Below the pieces are notes generated by a model that was not told where the DNA came from, did no database searches, and was given only the letters and a program-made list of their open reading frames with translations. From assembly GCA_024679065.1 (NCBI GenBank), contig JAGIQG010000002.1, positions 31,682,001-31,746,000 of the forward strand: DNA of 64,000 bases. The letters are read 5' to 3'. Shown piece after piece: positions 1 through 12,341 of the stretch; position 1 is the first letter of the stretch, and every line of letters starts with the position of its first letter. A program made the position numbers and the translations under genes. This DNA is from Sphyrna mokarran. Taxonomy: Eukaryota.

Positions 1-619
1 TGGGGGAGTTGGAGTAGTGGACTAATGGGGAGGTGCTCTGCTCACAGACTTCTGTCAATGTGCCTCTGAACAATCTACTGAGGTGAACGTTCCAGAAGCC
101 CTGGACTTTGCTGCTTTCTCTGAGGGGATGTGTCTTGTCTCAGTTCAGTCGCTCCCCATTAATGACCAGACAGGTTGTTGACTGAGAGAACTTGAACCTA
201 AACTCGTACCCTGCGGTGCCGTTGCACTATCTCTAGCCAGAGGTCTTGCATGTGCTGTCACTGTGTAAAGGTCAAATAGGGTTAATTCTTTTGGAGCTTC
301 TCCCGTTCCACTATAATAACTTCAGTGGAAACCTCCATTATAAATGCCAAAATGAGGGGAGCCTTGAGCAAATTCCTGGCAGAAGATGCATTGTACAATC
401 TTCTTCTCTAAATTATTACTTCCCATTATTTCAAAACTGTACAAGCTCTGTACTATTCTTGCTTTGCTTTCCCTCCTGCAGCCTATAATCTTTGAAAAGA
501 CAGACCTGATATCAGCTCCAAATATTTCTTTGTATTCTTTCCCTCTTTTCAACTGTTGTGTTAATGGATATAGGAGACATTCTCTCAATATCAACTGTAG
601 CTTCTGACATTTATATCCA

Positions 620-935
620 CCCCTTTGAGGCTATTTTGGACATTTCAGTTCTTCATCCTAGATGATGAAAACACAAGACTAGAAGAGAATATTATTCTAT
701 TAAGAGTCATTCCAAAAAGACTGCACAGGTTGGAGTTTTCGTTCTCTTCAGAAAGGCAATGATTGAAGGGCAACTTGGTAGAGTTCTCTAAGATTATAAA
801 AATTTTTGATAGAATATATATGTATAGAGAGATGTTTCTAGTCATGGATAAAATGGGAATAATGGGCATTAAGGATTGTCATTAATAAATCCAATAAGGA
901 ATTCCAGAGAAATTTCTTTACCAAGAGAGTGGTTT
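620..935 (+). mobile_element. Decayed CR1 LINE ORF2 C-terminal fragment
   Basis: Remnant of ttctctt.aga....ttgaggggc....gtagag..taaaatt and aatttctttaccaagagagtggt motifs. Confidence 0.65.
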
Positions 936-962
936 ATATGAATGTATGAGCAAGGAGCATGT

Positions 963-1240
963 GGGCATCATGGTTAGCACCGCTGCCTCACAGTGCGAGG
1001 GACCTGGGTTCAATTCCTGGCAGTGTGAAGTTTGCACATTCTCCCATTGGCTGCATGGGTTTCCTCCGGGTGCTTGCGTAGTCCAAAGATATGCAGATTA
1101 GGTAGATTGGCAATACTAAATTGCCCCTTTGAATTAAGGGGACCAGCTGGGGTAAATGCGGATAGGACTTGGATGGGATTGTAACTGATGCAGATTTGAC
1201 AGGTTGAATGGCCTCCTTCTGCACTGTAGAATTCTATGAT
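963..1240 (+). mobile_element. HE1-like tRNA-derived V-SINE
   Basis: tggttagcac A box, gggttcaattcc B box, V core, CR1-type tail ending attctatga. Confidence 0.88.
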
Positions 1241-1559
1241 AATAGGCTATTCAACCCCTTGAGCCTGCCCGCCATTTAATAAGATCATGACTGATCTGAT
1301 CACAACCACAAATATGCATCCTGCTACTCTCAATAACTTATCTCACCCTCCTAAGTTGCCAAGAACCTTGTAAACTTTTCCCCTCTCGCTTTCAACCTAT
1401 AGCCTTGAGTAATTGACTCTTCGACCTTGGGAAAAAGACTCTGAGTATCCACTCTATCTAAACTATTCAAAGACTCGGCTTCTATCACATATTCAGGAAA
1501 AGTTCCAAAGACTCACAACGCTCTGAGTGAAAATATTTTGCCTCATCTCCATTTTAATA

Positions 1560-1883
1560 GGCGGCACGGTGGCACATTGCAGCCTGACAATGCTAGGAAC
1601 GTGGGTTCAATTCCAGTCTTGGCTGACAAGCTGTGTGAAATTTGTAGATTCTCCCTACATCTGTGTGACTTTCGTCCGGGTGCTCCAATTTCCTCCCACG
1701 GTCCAAAGATGTGTAGCTTTGGTGGATTGGCCATACTAAGTTATTCCTCATAGTGTCCTGTGAGGTTAGCAGGATACACGGGGGTTACGGAATGGTGTGG
1801 GGAGGGTATAGGATGCTCTGTCAGAAATTTGGTGCAGACTCAATGGCCAGATTGCCTCTTCTGCAGTGTGGGGATTCTGTGAT
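1560..1883 (+). mobile_element. HE1-like SINE
   Basis: Same head/core/tail. Confidence 0.82.
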
Positions 1884-2109
1884 GAAGTGGGCGACTGTTT
1901 ATTTTTAAATAGTGACAATAGAATGTGTTACCACATGGAATGTTTGAGGTGAAATATCGTAAATGTGTTCAAGATGAAGCTAGACAAGCATGAGGAAAAC
2001 AAGAATAGAATAATGTGCTGATGGGGTTAGAGAAGAGTGAGGAGAAATAGATCTGTAAAACACTGACATGGAGGTTCAGTCATTGGGTATGTTTGAGGTA
2101 GAGATAGAT

Positions 2110-2600
2110 AGACTTCTGGTGGCCACACTACAGGAAGGATGTTGATGCATTGGAAAGGGTGCAGAAGAGATTTACCAAGATGTTGCCTGGTTTGGAAAAC
2201 ATGGACCAAGAAGAAAAGTTGAACAAACTTGGATTGTTTTTATTGGAGCGTCAGAGGGTGAGGGGGGACCTGATAGAAGTTTACAAAATTATGGCAGGCT
2301 TGGATAGTGTGGATAGTCAGAATCCCTTTCCCAGGGTTAAAGGGTCAATTACTTGGGGGCAAAGGTTGAAAGCAAGAGGGGGAAAGTTTAGAAGAGATTA
2401 AAGGGCAGATTTTACACACTCTGCCAGAGGGGGTGGTGGAAGCAAATTCTATAATACCGTACAAGGGGCATCTTGGTAGATACATGAATAGGCAGGAAAT
2501 AGAGGGATATAGGCCATTTTGAGACAAGAAAATATTAGAGAAGCATCTGTGTCAACACAGATTTGGTGGACCAAAAGACCTGTTCCTGTGCTGTATTCTT
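2110..2600 (+). mobile_element. CR1 LINE 3' fragment
   Basis: ERVQKRFTKMLPGL...RVRGDLIEVYKIM plus 3' UTR. Confidence 0.9.
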
Positions 2601-2865
2601 TATAATAATAACATAAAGGGTAATGAGGACAGCATGTATAAAAGGCATTGAAGTGTCAGATCAGCCATGATCATACTGAGTGGTGGAGCAGGCTTGATGG
2701 GCTGAATGGCCTACTCCTATCCCTATGAGATAAAGTTTGTTAACCATGCAAATAAATGTTGTTGTATGCATAATGCTGCCACTGTCCGTCCACCCAAACA
2801 AAGGAAGCTCACATTTAGAATCTGAATGCAGATTTATCCTGGTGTTTTTTCTCCCTCTATTTCAG

Positions 2866-3021
2866 TTGGTCTTCATGTTGGACGTTTCTGTGGTCCGTAC
2901 GCTCCTGAACGCATCCGATCAATCACCGGCATTCTGTCCCTGACACTGCACACTGACACTGCCATTGCTAGGGATGGCTTCTCGGCAAACTATTCCATTA
3001 TCCAGAAGAATTCCTTAGAAA
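2866..3021 (+). CDS. NRP1: Neuropilin-1 exon (human exon 5 homologue), C-terminal half of CUB2 (a2)
   Basis: ttcag| acceptor, |gtaagt donor, 156 nt, phase 1-1; VGLHVGRFCGPYAPERIRSITGILSLTLHTDTAIARDGFSANYSIIQKNSLE resembles human VGPHIGRYCGQKTPGRIRSSSGILSMVFYTDSAIAKEGFSANYS. Confidence 0.96.
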
Positions 3022-6000
3022 GTAAGTGTGAACGACTTGATTAACATACACCATTTGGGTGGTTTGAATCAGAAGATGTCACTCTCTCGATGCGTTGAAT
3101 TCTATTGACAAGAAAGTGCTCCTGTGATGTTGATTCTGGGAGATGTACACACGCCCACGTTCAGCAACACGTTCTTCACAGAGAAAACTAAGCTGTATGT
3201 TATTAGAAACATAGAAAAGGGGAAATAAAATGCAATAGCTTTTCAAAACTTTTAGTTAGCACTTCTAATATAAGAATGTATCCTTGTATGCATCACAAGA
3301 GCGTCATTACAGTGACGCCTTCCTGTGCCGGAAATAACTCTTCGTTCTGAATTTTCAGTCCTTCAGAATCGTGAGGTTTTCCAGTTCCGCAAACACAACC
3401 CATAAGAAAGGGCTCCAGAAGTTGGAATTTTTGTTCTAGGGTGCCGGGATTCCCTGCAGAGTCGGATTGGGCAGAAAGACTGTCTCAGAGCATTGGCACT
3501 TTGATTAATAAAATAAAAAACAGCCCTTACTTCCCACACACCCAATGCACACACCCCGTATCCTCCATGCTAACCAATGCCTCTTTGTGCTTGGTTAAAA
3601 GCACAAGCCATACGCTCCATGTGAATCTAACCTCCTGTATCCATCCTCCATGAACTCCCACACCCTTCATGCCAACCTATGTCTTACCTACCCTCATAGA
3701 TCTCCATAGGTCCCAGTGCCACCTATGCCCAGTTACTTACCTGTATGGCCTCTTTTATCCTATGTATCTCTACCCACACATGGCCCCTCATACTACCATG
3801 CCTCCCCATTTCTCCCACCCTTCTTCGCAGCCCTTTCTAGCCCATATGTCAACTTAGTGCCAACCCCTATTCCTCCTTAACCACCTTTTGGCCTTATCCC
3901 CTCCAGGCCAATTCACCTAATATCCACCATAGGCAAACCTCTGGAGCCATGTTGACATAAAATAAAATTGTTGATTGATTATGTCACTTTTTAAACAAAA
4001 CACTCTTACTAATTAAAAAAATACATTGTAGTCACTGCAGTTAATCTCTTTTAAAACTGAATATTTCACTTAAGGATCTAATCTCAGCAAACATTTCAAT
4101 TCAACAACAACCTCAAGCTATCAAGTCAAACTTCTCATTTAACATACACCCTACTGTGATAATGTTAGGTTGTAAAATCAGTAATGCAGCACAAATCCTA
4201 TAATGATAATCCTTGGTCTTATGTCAACAAAGTAAATTAGCGAGCACCGATTTTTAAAAATTCCACAATTTGTAAAACAATAAAGCCCAGCAGAGTTGAA
4301 TTGTTTGACAGTTTAACAATGACCTTTAACAGTTACTTGATAGTTTAACAGTTCTTTGACAGCTTTGATAGCTTCAGTGAGTAAATGCACTCACATTCAT
4401 GTCGACAACTGTAAATCCCAATGATCACCTGATTTCTCCCAAAAGGTATGTTAATTCTCCCAAAGGAAAGCAAGGGGCAGCTGACCTTCCCCAAAGATAT
4501 CTTGGTACCATATCCCAAGGACTACCTCACTTCCCCAAAAGATACCCTAAATATCCAAGAAGATGGGACAAGTGTGGGAAAATGGGATTAGCACATCTTT
4601 AGTGGTAGATATTGCCGGTGCACATTTGATGATCCAACAGGTCTTTTCTACGTTGTAAGATTCTATGAATATCCAAATGAATCCAAAAGGTTCAGAATAA
4701 TTGGTCATCCATCTCATGCACTTTTTGTAGAAGTTTACTTCTTCCTACCAGACCTCACCAAAATCATACAAGTGAAGGCAACCACTGATTTATATGAGCA
4801 GTTGCCTTTGTGCAAATTAAAACATAACTCCATTCCACCCCTCCCCATTAAAATGGTGGAGGCCATGTTTAAGGGGCAGACATCTGGATCTGAGCCTTTG
4901 CCTCTCTGTCTGCATGAAAATTCAGACCTATGAGTCTGTGAATCGAATTTAATACTAAGTCAATGAAAGTGATATTTGAAAAGGTGGACAGAAGCTTGGT
5001 CAAAGAGGCAGCTTTTAAGGAAGATCTTAAAGAAGAACGGGGAGGTGCAGAGACCAAGAGATTTAGGAAGGATTCAATGCTGGGGACAACCTTAACCCCA
5101 CTCTTGGAAACCAAGTGGACATCTGGTCGATGTTTTTCAGTTACTGCGTTACATGGGAAGATGTGTGTATATACAATATACATAATATGAAGAGAGGGAG
5201 GTATTTTACACCATTGTATATAGGGTTTATCAATGGGAGAGCAGTTGTAGAAATTTAATTTCAGCGAATTTCAGTCCACCATGATGTAGGCTGCTACATT
5301 TCGTCACCATATGTTTGGGAGGGGAAGCCCATGGTGGGCATAGGGTAACTTATCCTTCTGTTTAGTGTGTATGACACTGTAAGTGGGAATTTGCAATTAT
5401 AGAACATTCTATGGACCATGCAAAGTGATTCAGAGCCAATAAATGAATTTTAAAGACAGTGGGTGGGATTTTTCGCACCCCCCCCCCCCCCCCATGATGT
5501 GTTTTGCAACAGCAGAGGTGGCCCAACATTGGCTAGGGACAGAATCTTCTGGTCCCGCCACTGTTAACATGGTTTCCCATTATTTGAACCCTCTACAGCT
5601 TGGGGAGGGGCAGGAGGGCACATGGTCACTGTTGGTGGGACCAGTATCCCATCCTAGTGTCCAGTCCAGTTTCAGAAAAAGAGTTGTTTTAGATTTGAAG
5701 CATTAACTCTTGTTTCTCTCTCCACCAATACTGTCAGGCCTGCTTAGCTTTTCCAACACTTTGCTGTTTTGTTCGAGTCATGCAGGAAGGCATTGCAGTT
5801 AATTAGCAAGAAGTAGACTTCTACAAGTAGCGCATGAGATGGATGACCAATTATTCTGCTGCTGCTGTCCACCGAGGGAGAAATGTTAACCTGATTTCCT
5901 GCAATTAAATCTTTTTGCATCTCCCCGAACATGCAGTCAGGGCTTCAACTTAAGGTCTCATCTGAAAGATACCGATTCTGGCAACTTAGCATTGACTTGG

Positions 6001-6777
6001 CATTGCACCTTGGATATTTTTTTTTCAACGTGCTTAAAAGTACTCTCTGAGGGTAATCTGTTGTGATTGCACTGACATTTATGACAATGGTCATGGCTCA
6101 TTTGGGCAGTACTGTAACTGTCTGCATTCCTGGCCTTCATCAAGCTGCTTTCCATCCAGTGTCCCTGGGGAGATTTGACAAAAAGCTTCTTAATGCAGGC
6201 CAGATTCAGCTTAGGCCGGAATTCAAAGTCAAATTTTCAGATTCTGACAGCGTTAATTATGAGTTTTATTGAAAAAAAATTAAAGTGAAAGCTTTTAGCA
6301 CCGTCGACCAGGAAGTAGTCCTGACCGCCGGCGACACAATGGATCATGTCGAAATGACAGAAATGGTGCAAATTGTATAAGCAGCCGTTTCTGATGTGCA
6401 AGTCGAAATGTCTGACAATTATATACTGACAGTTTAAATGTCTACCTGGGGCAGTGTCATTCTCAATATTGTTAAAAGGGTTTCAGTGTAACACCACGCA
6501 GAGGATTTAAACATTTATCCTTTAATTTTTTCTGTTTGATTTCTCTGACGCTTCTATGATCAGAACAAAGAGCGTTGCTGGTTATTTTATTGCATGAGGC
6601 TACCAAGCACCACAACGCCATCTGTTTCTGCCGTTCTGCTGGTCTCTGTGAAATGATTTTCATGTCTCAGTGTAGGGAAAGGTGCAGAAAGAACTACTGA
6701 CAATTGGCAAGGCAACCAGGAAAGAATATTTCTGGGAGCTATAACATTAACAACTAAAAAGAGTGGGAGACTCAAAA

Positions 6778-8844
6778 CTGACAATACTGTGTGTCCGGTA
6801 TTACTGCTGACAATACTGTGTGCCCAGTATTATTGCTGACAATATTGTGTGTTCATTATTACTGCTGACAATATTGTGTGCTCGATATACTGCTGATAAT
6901 ACTGTGTGTCCGGCATTACTGCTGATAATACTGTGTGTCTAGTATTACTGATGACAATATTGTGTGACTGATATTACTGCCAACAATACTGTGTGTCTGG
7001 TATTACTGCTGACAATACTGTGTGTCTGGTATTACTGCTGACAATACTGTGTGTCTGGTATTACTGCTGACAATATTGTGTATCTGGTATTACTGCTGAT
7101 AATATTGTGTATCTGGTATTACTGCTGACGATACTGTGTGCCCAGTATTACTGCTGACAATATTGTGTGTCCGGTATTACTGCTGACAATATTGTGTGTC
7201 CGGTATTATTGCTGACAATATTGTGTGTCCGGTGTTACTGCTGACAATATTGTGTGTCCGGTGTTACTGCTGACAATACTGTGTGTCCGGTGTTACTGCT
7301 GACAATACTGTGTGTCCGGTGTTACTGCTGACAATACTGTGTGTCCGGTGTTACTGCTGACAATACTGTGTGTCCGGTGTTACTGCTGACAATACTGTGT
7401 GTCCGGTATTACTGCTGACGATACTGTGTGCTCAATATTACTGCTGCCAATACTGTGTGTCCGGTGTTACTGCTGCCAATACTGTGTGTCCGGTGTTACT
7501 GCTGACAATATTGTGTGTCCGGTGTTACTGCTGACAATATTGTGTGTCCGGTGTTACTGCTGACAATATTGTGTGTCCGGTGTTACTGCTGACAATATTG
7601 TGTGTCTGGTATTACTGCTGACAATATTGTGTCCGTTATTACTGTTGATAATACTGCGTGTCCGGTATTACTGCTGACAACACTTTGTGTCCGGTGTTAC
7701 TGCTGACAATACTGTGTGTCCGGTGTTACTGCTGACAATACTGTGTGTCCGGTGTTACTGCTGACAATATTGTGTGTCCGTTATTACTGTTGATAATACT
7801 GTGTGTCAGGTGTTACTGCTGACAACACTTTGTGTCAGGTGTTACTGCTGACAACACTTTGTGTCCGGTGTTACTGCTGACAATACTGTGTGTCCGGTGT
7901 TACTGCTGACAATATTGTGTATCTGGTATTACTGCTGACGATACTGTGTGCCCAGTATTACTGCTGACAATATTGTGTGCCCAGTATTACTGCTGACAAT
8001 ATTGTGTGTCCGGTTTACTGCTGACAATATTGTGTGTCGTGTTACTGTTACTGCTGACAATATTGTGTGTCCGGTGTTACTGCTGACAATATTGTGTGTC
8101 CGGTGTTACTGCTGACAATATTGTGTGTCCGGTGTTACTGCTGACAATATTGTGTGTCTGGTATTACTGCTGACAATATTGTGTCCGTTATTACTGTTGA
8201 TAATACTGCGTGTCCGGTATTACTGCTGACAACACTTTGTGTCCGGTGTTACTGCTGACAATACTGTGTGTCCGGTGTTACTGCTGACAATACTGTGTGT
8301 CCGGTGTTACTGCTGACAATATTGTGTGTCCGTTATTACTGTTGATAATACTGTGTGTCAGGTGTTACTGCTGACAACACTTTGTGTCAGGTGTTACTGC
8401 TGACAACACTTTGTGTCCGGTGTTACTGCTGACAATACTGTGTGTCCGGTGTTACTGCTGACAATATTGTGTATCTGGTATTACTGCTGACGATACTGTG
8501 TGCCCAGTATTACTGCTGACAATATTGTGTGCCCAGTATTACTGCTGACAATATTGTGTGTCCGGTGTTACTGCTGACAATATTGTGTGTCCGGTGTTAC
8601 TGCTGACAATATTGTGTGTCCGGTGTTACTGCTGACAATATTGTGTGTCCGGTGTTACTGCTGACAATATTGTGTGTCTGGTATTACTGCTGACAATATT
8701 GTGTGTCCGTTATTACTGTTGATAATACTGTGTGTCCGGTATTACTGCTGACAACACTTTGTGTCCAGTTTTACTGCTGACAATACTGTGTGTCCGGTGT
8801 TACAGCTGACAATACTGTGTGTCCGGTATTACTGCTGACAATAT
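6778..8844. repeat. 29-bp minisatellite, block 1 (~71 units)
   Basis: Tandem CTGACAATAYTGTGTGTCCGGTRTTACTG; period 29 (e.g. 6781 to 6810). Confidence 0.97.
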
Positions 8845-10430
8845 GCATGGGATATAACCCTGGAATGCATCCCAGGGTTCTGAAAGAAATGGCAGAGGTG
8901 ATAGCGGATGCCTCAGTAATTATTTACCAAAATTTGCTGGACTCCGGGGAAGTGCCGGAAGATTGGAAAACAGTTAATGTTGCGCTGCTGTTTAAAAAAG
9001 GTAGCAGACAAAAGGCAAGGAATTATAGGCCGGTTAGTTTAACGTCTGTATTCAGAAAAATGCTTGAATCCATCATCAAAGAAGAAATAACGAGGCACCT
9101 AGAAAAGAACGGTTTGATCAAGCAGACGCAGCACGGATTCATTAAGGAGAAGTCATGTTTACAAATTTACTGGATTTCCATGAGGATGTGACTAGTGCGG
9201 TAGATAGAGGGGAACTGGTGGATGTGGTGTTTTTAGATTTCCAGAACGAGTTGGATAAGGTGCCTCACAAAAGGTTGCTGCAAAAGGTTAAAGTGCAAGG
9301 AGTTGGGGGTAAGGTGTTAGAGTGGATAGAAGATTGGTTGCCTAATAGGAAGCAGAGAGTAGGAATCAATGGGTATTATTCTGGTTGGCAGCTCACGACT
9401 AGTGGAGTGCCCCAGGGATCAGTGCTGGGGCCTCAACTGTTTACCGTATACACTGATGATTGGAGGAAGAGGCTGAATATATGTTAACAAAATTTGCTGA
9501 TGACACAAAGATAAGTGGAAAAACAAATTGTGTGGAGGGTGTGGAAAGACTGCAGAGAGATCTCAATGGGCTGAGTGAGCGGGCGAGACCTGACAGATAG
9601 AGGATAATGTTAGCAAGTGCGAGGTTATCCACTTTGGTAGAAATAATAGTAGGAGGGATTATTATTTAAAGGATGAAAAACTGCAGCATGCTACAGTGCA
9701 GAGGGACCTGGGGGTCCTTGTGCATGAATCGCAAAAATCCAGTTTGCAGGAGCAGCAGGTGATCAAGAAAGCAAATGCAATGTTGGCCTTTATAGCTAGG
9801 GGGATAGAATATAAAAGTAAGGAGATCTTGCTATAATTGTACAAGGTGCTGGTGAAGCCGCAGCTGGAGCACTGTGTGCAGTTTTGGTACTGCATCTGCA
9901 GAAGGATATATTGGCCTTTAAGGGAGTGCAGAGAAAGTTCACCAGGCTGTTACCAGAGATGAGGGAGTTAGCTTATGAGAAGAGATTGAGCAGACTAGGT
10001 TGGTACTCATTGGAGTTTAGAAGGTTGAGGGGGGATCTTATAGAGACATATAAGATAATGAAGGGGATGGATAAGGTAGAGATAGAGAGATTGTTCCTGC
10101 TTAGAAAGGATAGCAGGACTAGAGGGCACAGCCTCAAATTAAGGGGAGGGGCATGGTTTAGATTGGAGTTGAGGAGAAACTTTTTCACTCAAAGAGTGGT
10201 GAATCTTTGGAATTCTTTGCCTGTTGAAGTGGTGGAGGCTTCCTCGCTGAATATATTTAAGTCATGGGTAGATAGGTTCTAATAGACAAGAGAATTAAGG
10301 GTTATGGGGAGAAAGCGGGAAAGTGGAACTGATCCACTTCAGATCAACCGTGATCTTATTGAATGGCAGGGCAAGCTCGAGGGGCTTTATGGCCTACTGC
10401 TGCTCCTATTTCTTATCTTCTTATGTTCTT
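8845..10430 (+). mobile_element. 5'-truncated CR1/HER1-type LINE (RT domain to 3' tail) inserted in the minisatellite
   Basis: YRPVSLTS, QHGF, DVVFLDF..DKVPH, SGVPQGSVLGP, KFADDTK, RLRGDLIETYKI, FFTQRVVNLWNSLP with frameshifts/stops; (TTCTTATG)n-like tail. Confidence 0.95.
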
Positions 10431-10971
10431 ATATTGTGTGTCCGGTGTTACTGCTGACAATACTGTGTGTCCGGTGTTACTGCTGACAATACTGTGTGTC
10501 CGGTGTTACTGCTGACAATACTGTGTGTCTGGTGTTACTGCTGACAATACTGTGTGTGTGGTATTACTGCTGACAATACTGTGTGTCCGGTATTATTGCT
10601 AACAATACTGTGTGTCCAATATTACTGCTGTCAATACTGTGTGTATGGTATTACTGCTGACAATACTGTGTGTCCGGTATTATTGCTAACAATACTGTGT
10701 GTCCAATATTACTGCTGACAATATTGTGTGTCCGGTATTACTGCTGACAATGCTGTGTCCGGTATTACTGCTGACAATACTGTGTGTCCAATATTACTGC
10801 TGACAATACTGTGTGTCCGGTATTCCTGCTGACAATACTGTGTGTCCGGTATTCCTGCTGACAATACTGTGTGTCCGGTATTCCTGCTGACAATACTGTG
10901 TGTCCGGTATTACTGCTGACAATACTGTATGTCCAATATTACAGCTGACAATACTGTGTGTCCGGTATTAC
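10431..10971. repeat. 29-bp minisatellite, block 2 (~18 units)
   Basis: Same unit resumes in register after the LINE tail. Confidence 0.97.
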
Positions 10972-11189
10972 ATAGAACATAGAACATAGAACATTACAGC
11001 ACAGAACAGGCCCTTCGGCCTTCGATGTTGCGCCGACCAATATAAAAAGCAATGCCCCTCCAAACTAAACCATTCCCTTCTCTTCCATATACTTATCAAC
11101 TAACCTCTTAAACGCCACCAAACTTGGCGCATCTACAACTGCTGCAGGCAGGGCATTCCACTCCCGAACCACCCTTTGGGTAAAGAACC
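10972..11189 (-). mobile_element. CR1 LINE 3' end inserted in the minisatellite
   Basis: (CATAGAA)3 tail, ggcccttcggcc stem-loop and FFTQRVV..WNALP-type end on the minus strand. Confidence 0.88.
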
Positions 11190-11469
11190 TGCTGACAATA
11201 TTGTGTGTCCGGTATTACTGCTGACAATATTGTGTGTCCGGTATTACTGCTGACAATATTGTGTGTCCAGTATTACTGCTGACAATACTGTGTGTCCAAT
11301 ATTACAGCTGACAATACTGTGTGTCCGGTATTACTGCTGACAATACTGTGTGTCCGGTATTACTGCTGACAATATTGTGTGTCCAGCGTTACCGCTGACA
11401 ATATTGTGTGTCCGGTATTACTGCTGACAATACTGTGTTTCCAGCGTTACCGCTGACAATATTGTGTGT
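11190..11469. repeat. 29-bp minisatellite, block 3 (~10 units)
   Basis: Same unit. Confidence 0.96.
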
Positions 11470-12215
11470 AACAAGTTCGCCATTTCAAGCCTCAGTATCC
11501 CTTTTCTATGGAAGTGCTATCGTTTCCAGAGATAATCTCAGAAACACCAAGGCACACACTAATTTCTAAACAAAGCTTTGAGATGTAAGTGAAGAAGAGT
11601 GTTTCCCCTTTTCCATCACTTCAGTTGACACCTGCGCCTTATTTCTAATTTCTCAGGACAATATTACCTTACTTCTGAAAGGATTAAGGAGTGTTGAAAG
11701 GAAAATAACCTGATGGCTCAGTTGGTTAATGTAAAACTTAACCCAGTAGAATGAGGATTTAGTTTCCAGAATGTGATGGCTGAAGGCGCTGGAAAAATTC
11801 AGCAAGCCCGGCAAAATCTGTGGAGAGAGAAACAGAATTCTCCAGCTGTTCATGCCGGCAGGACGTTCTGGTCACTCCCAGGGTCCATCCTCATCATGGT
11901 TTTCCTAACGGTGTGGGGTGAAATCAGCGTGAAATCCCATTGACAGTGGCTGGACCAGAAAATTTCACCAACGGTGAATGACGTGTTGCCTCCCTCTGCG
12001 AGAAACACACTGCAGGGAGACCAGAGGACCCCGTCCCCTCCCCCCCGCAGACTTAACATTTCATTGAATCTTACAACGTAGAAAAGACCTGTTGGACCAT
12101 CAAATGTGCACCGGCAATATCTACCACTAAAGATGTGCTAATCCCATTTTCCCGCACTTGTCCCATCTTCTTGAATACTATGACTTTTAAAGAGCTCGTC
12201 TAAAATAGAGTCACT

Positions 12216-12341
12216 GGGTGGGATTTTCTGGCTCCACTCACTGCAAGTCCGGAAATTCCCATCCAAGGTCAATGGACCTTTGCATGGTTGTGTCCCATTA
12301 GTTACGATTTCGGTGGCAGGCGGGATGGGAAAATTCCAGCC
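12216..12341. mobile_element. MITE of the same group (others at ~11835-12040, 19728-19828, 21119-21220, 45097-45220, 52323-52442, ~61480-61574)
   Basis: TIR gggtgggattttc / gaaaattccagcc; shared internal ccaaggtcaatgga motif in several copies. Confidence 0.68.

Noticed and set aside
3520-4545. C/A-rich stretch and degenerate ttgacag / cccaaa repeats
   Set aside because: Probably a decayed repeat or low-complexity DNA; I cannot assign a family or boundaries.
5668-5775. Additional hammerhead motifs in Penelope-like remnants (also ~11765-11835, 17387-17485, 41310-41440)
   Set aside because: Catalytic core boxes are missing or too decayed to call.
8790-10282. Functional reverse transcriptase gene
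   Set aside because: 5'-truncated, with frameshifts and stops; the listed ORF start lies in the minisatellite.
6778-11469. CRISPR array (29-bp partly palindromic repeats)
   Set aside because: Units are head-to-tail with no unique spacers, there are no cas genes, and the context is a vertebrate intron.
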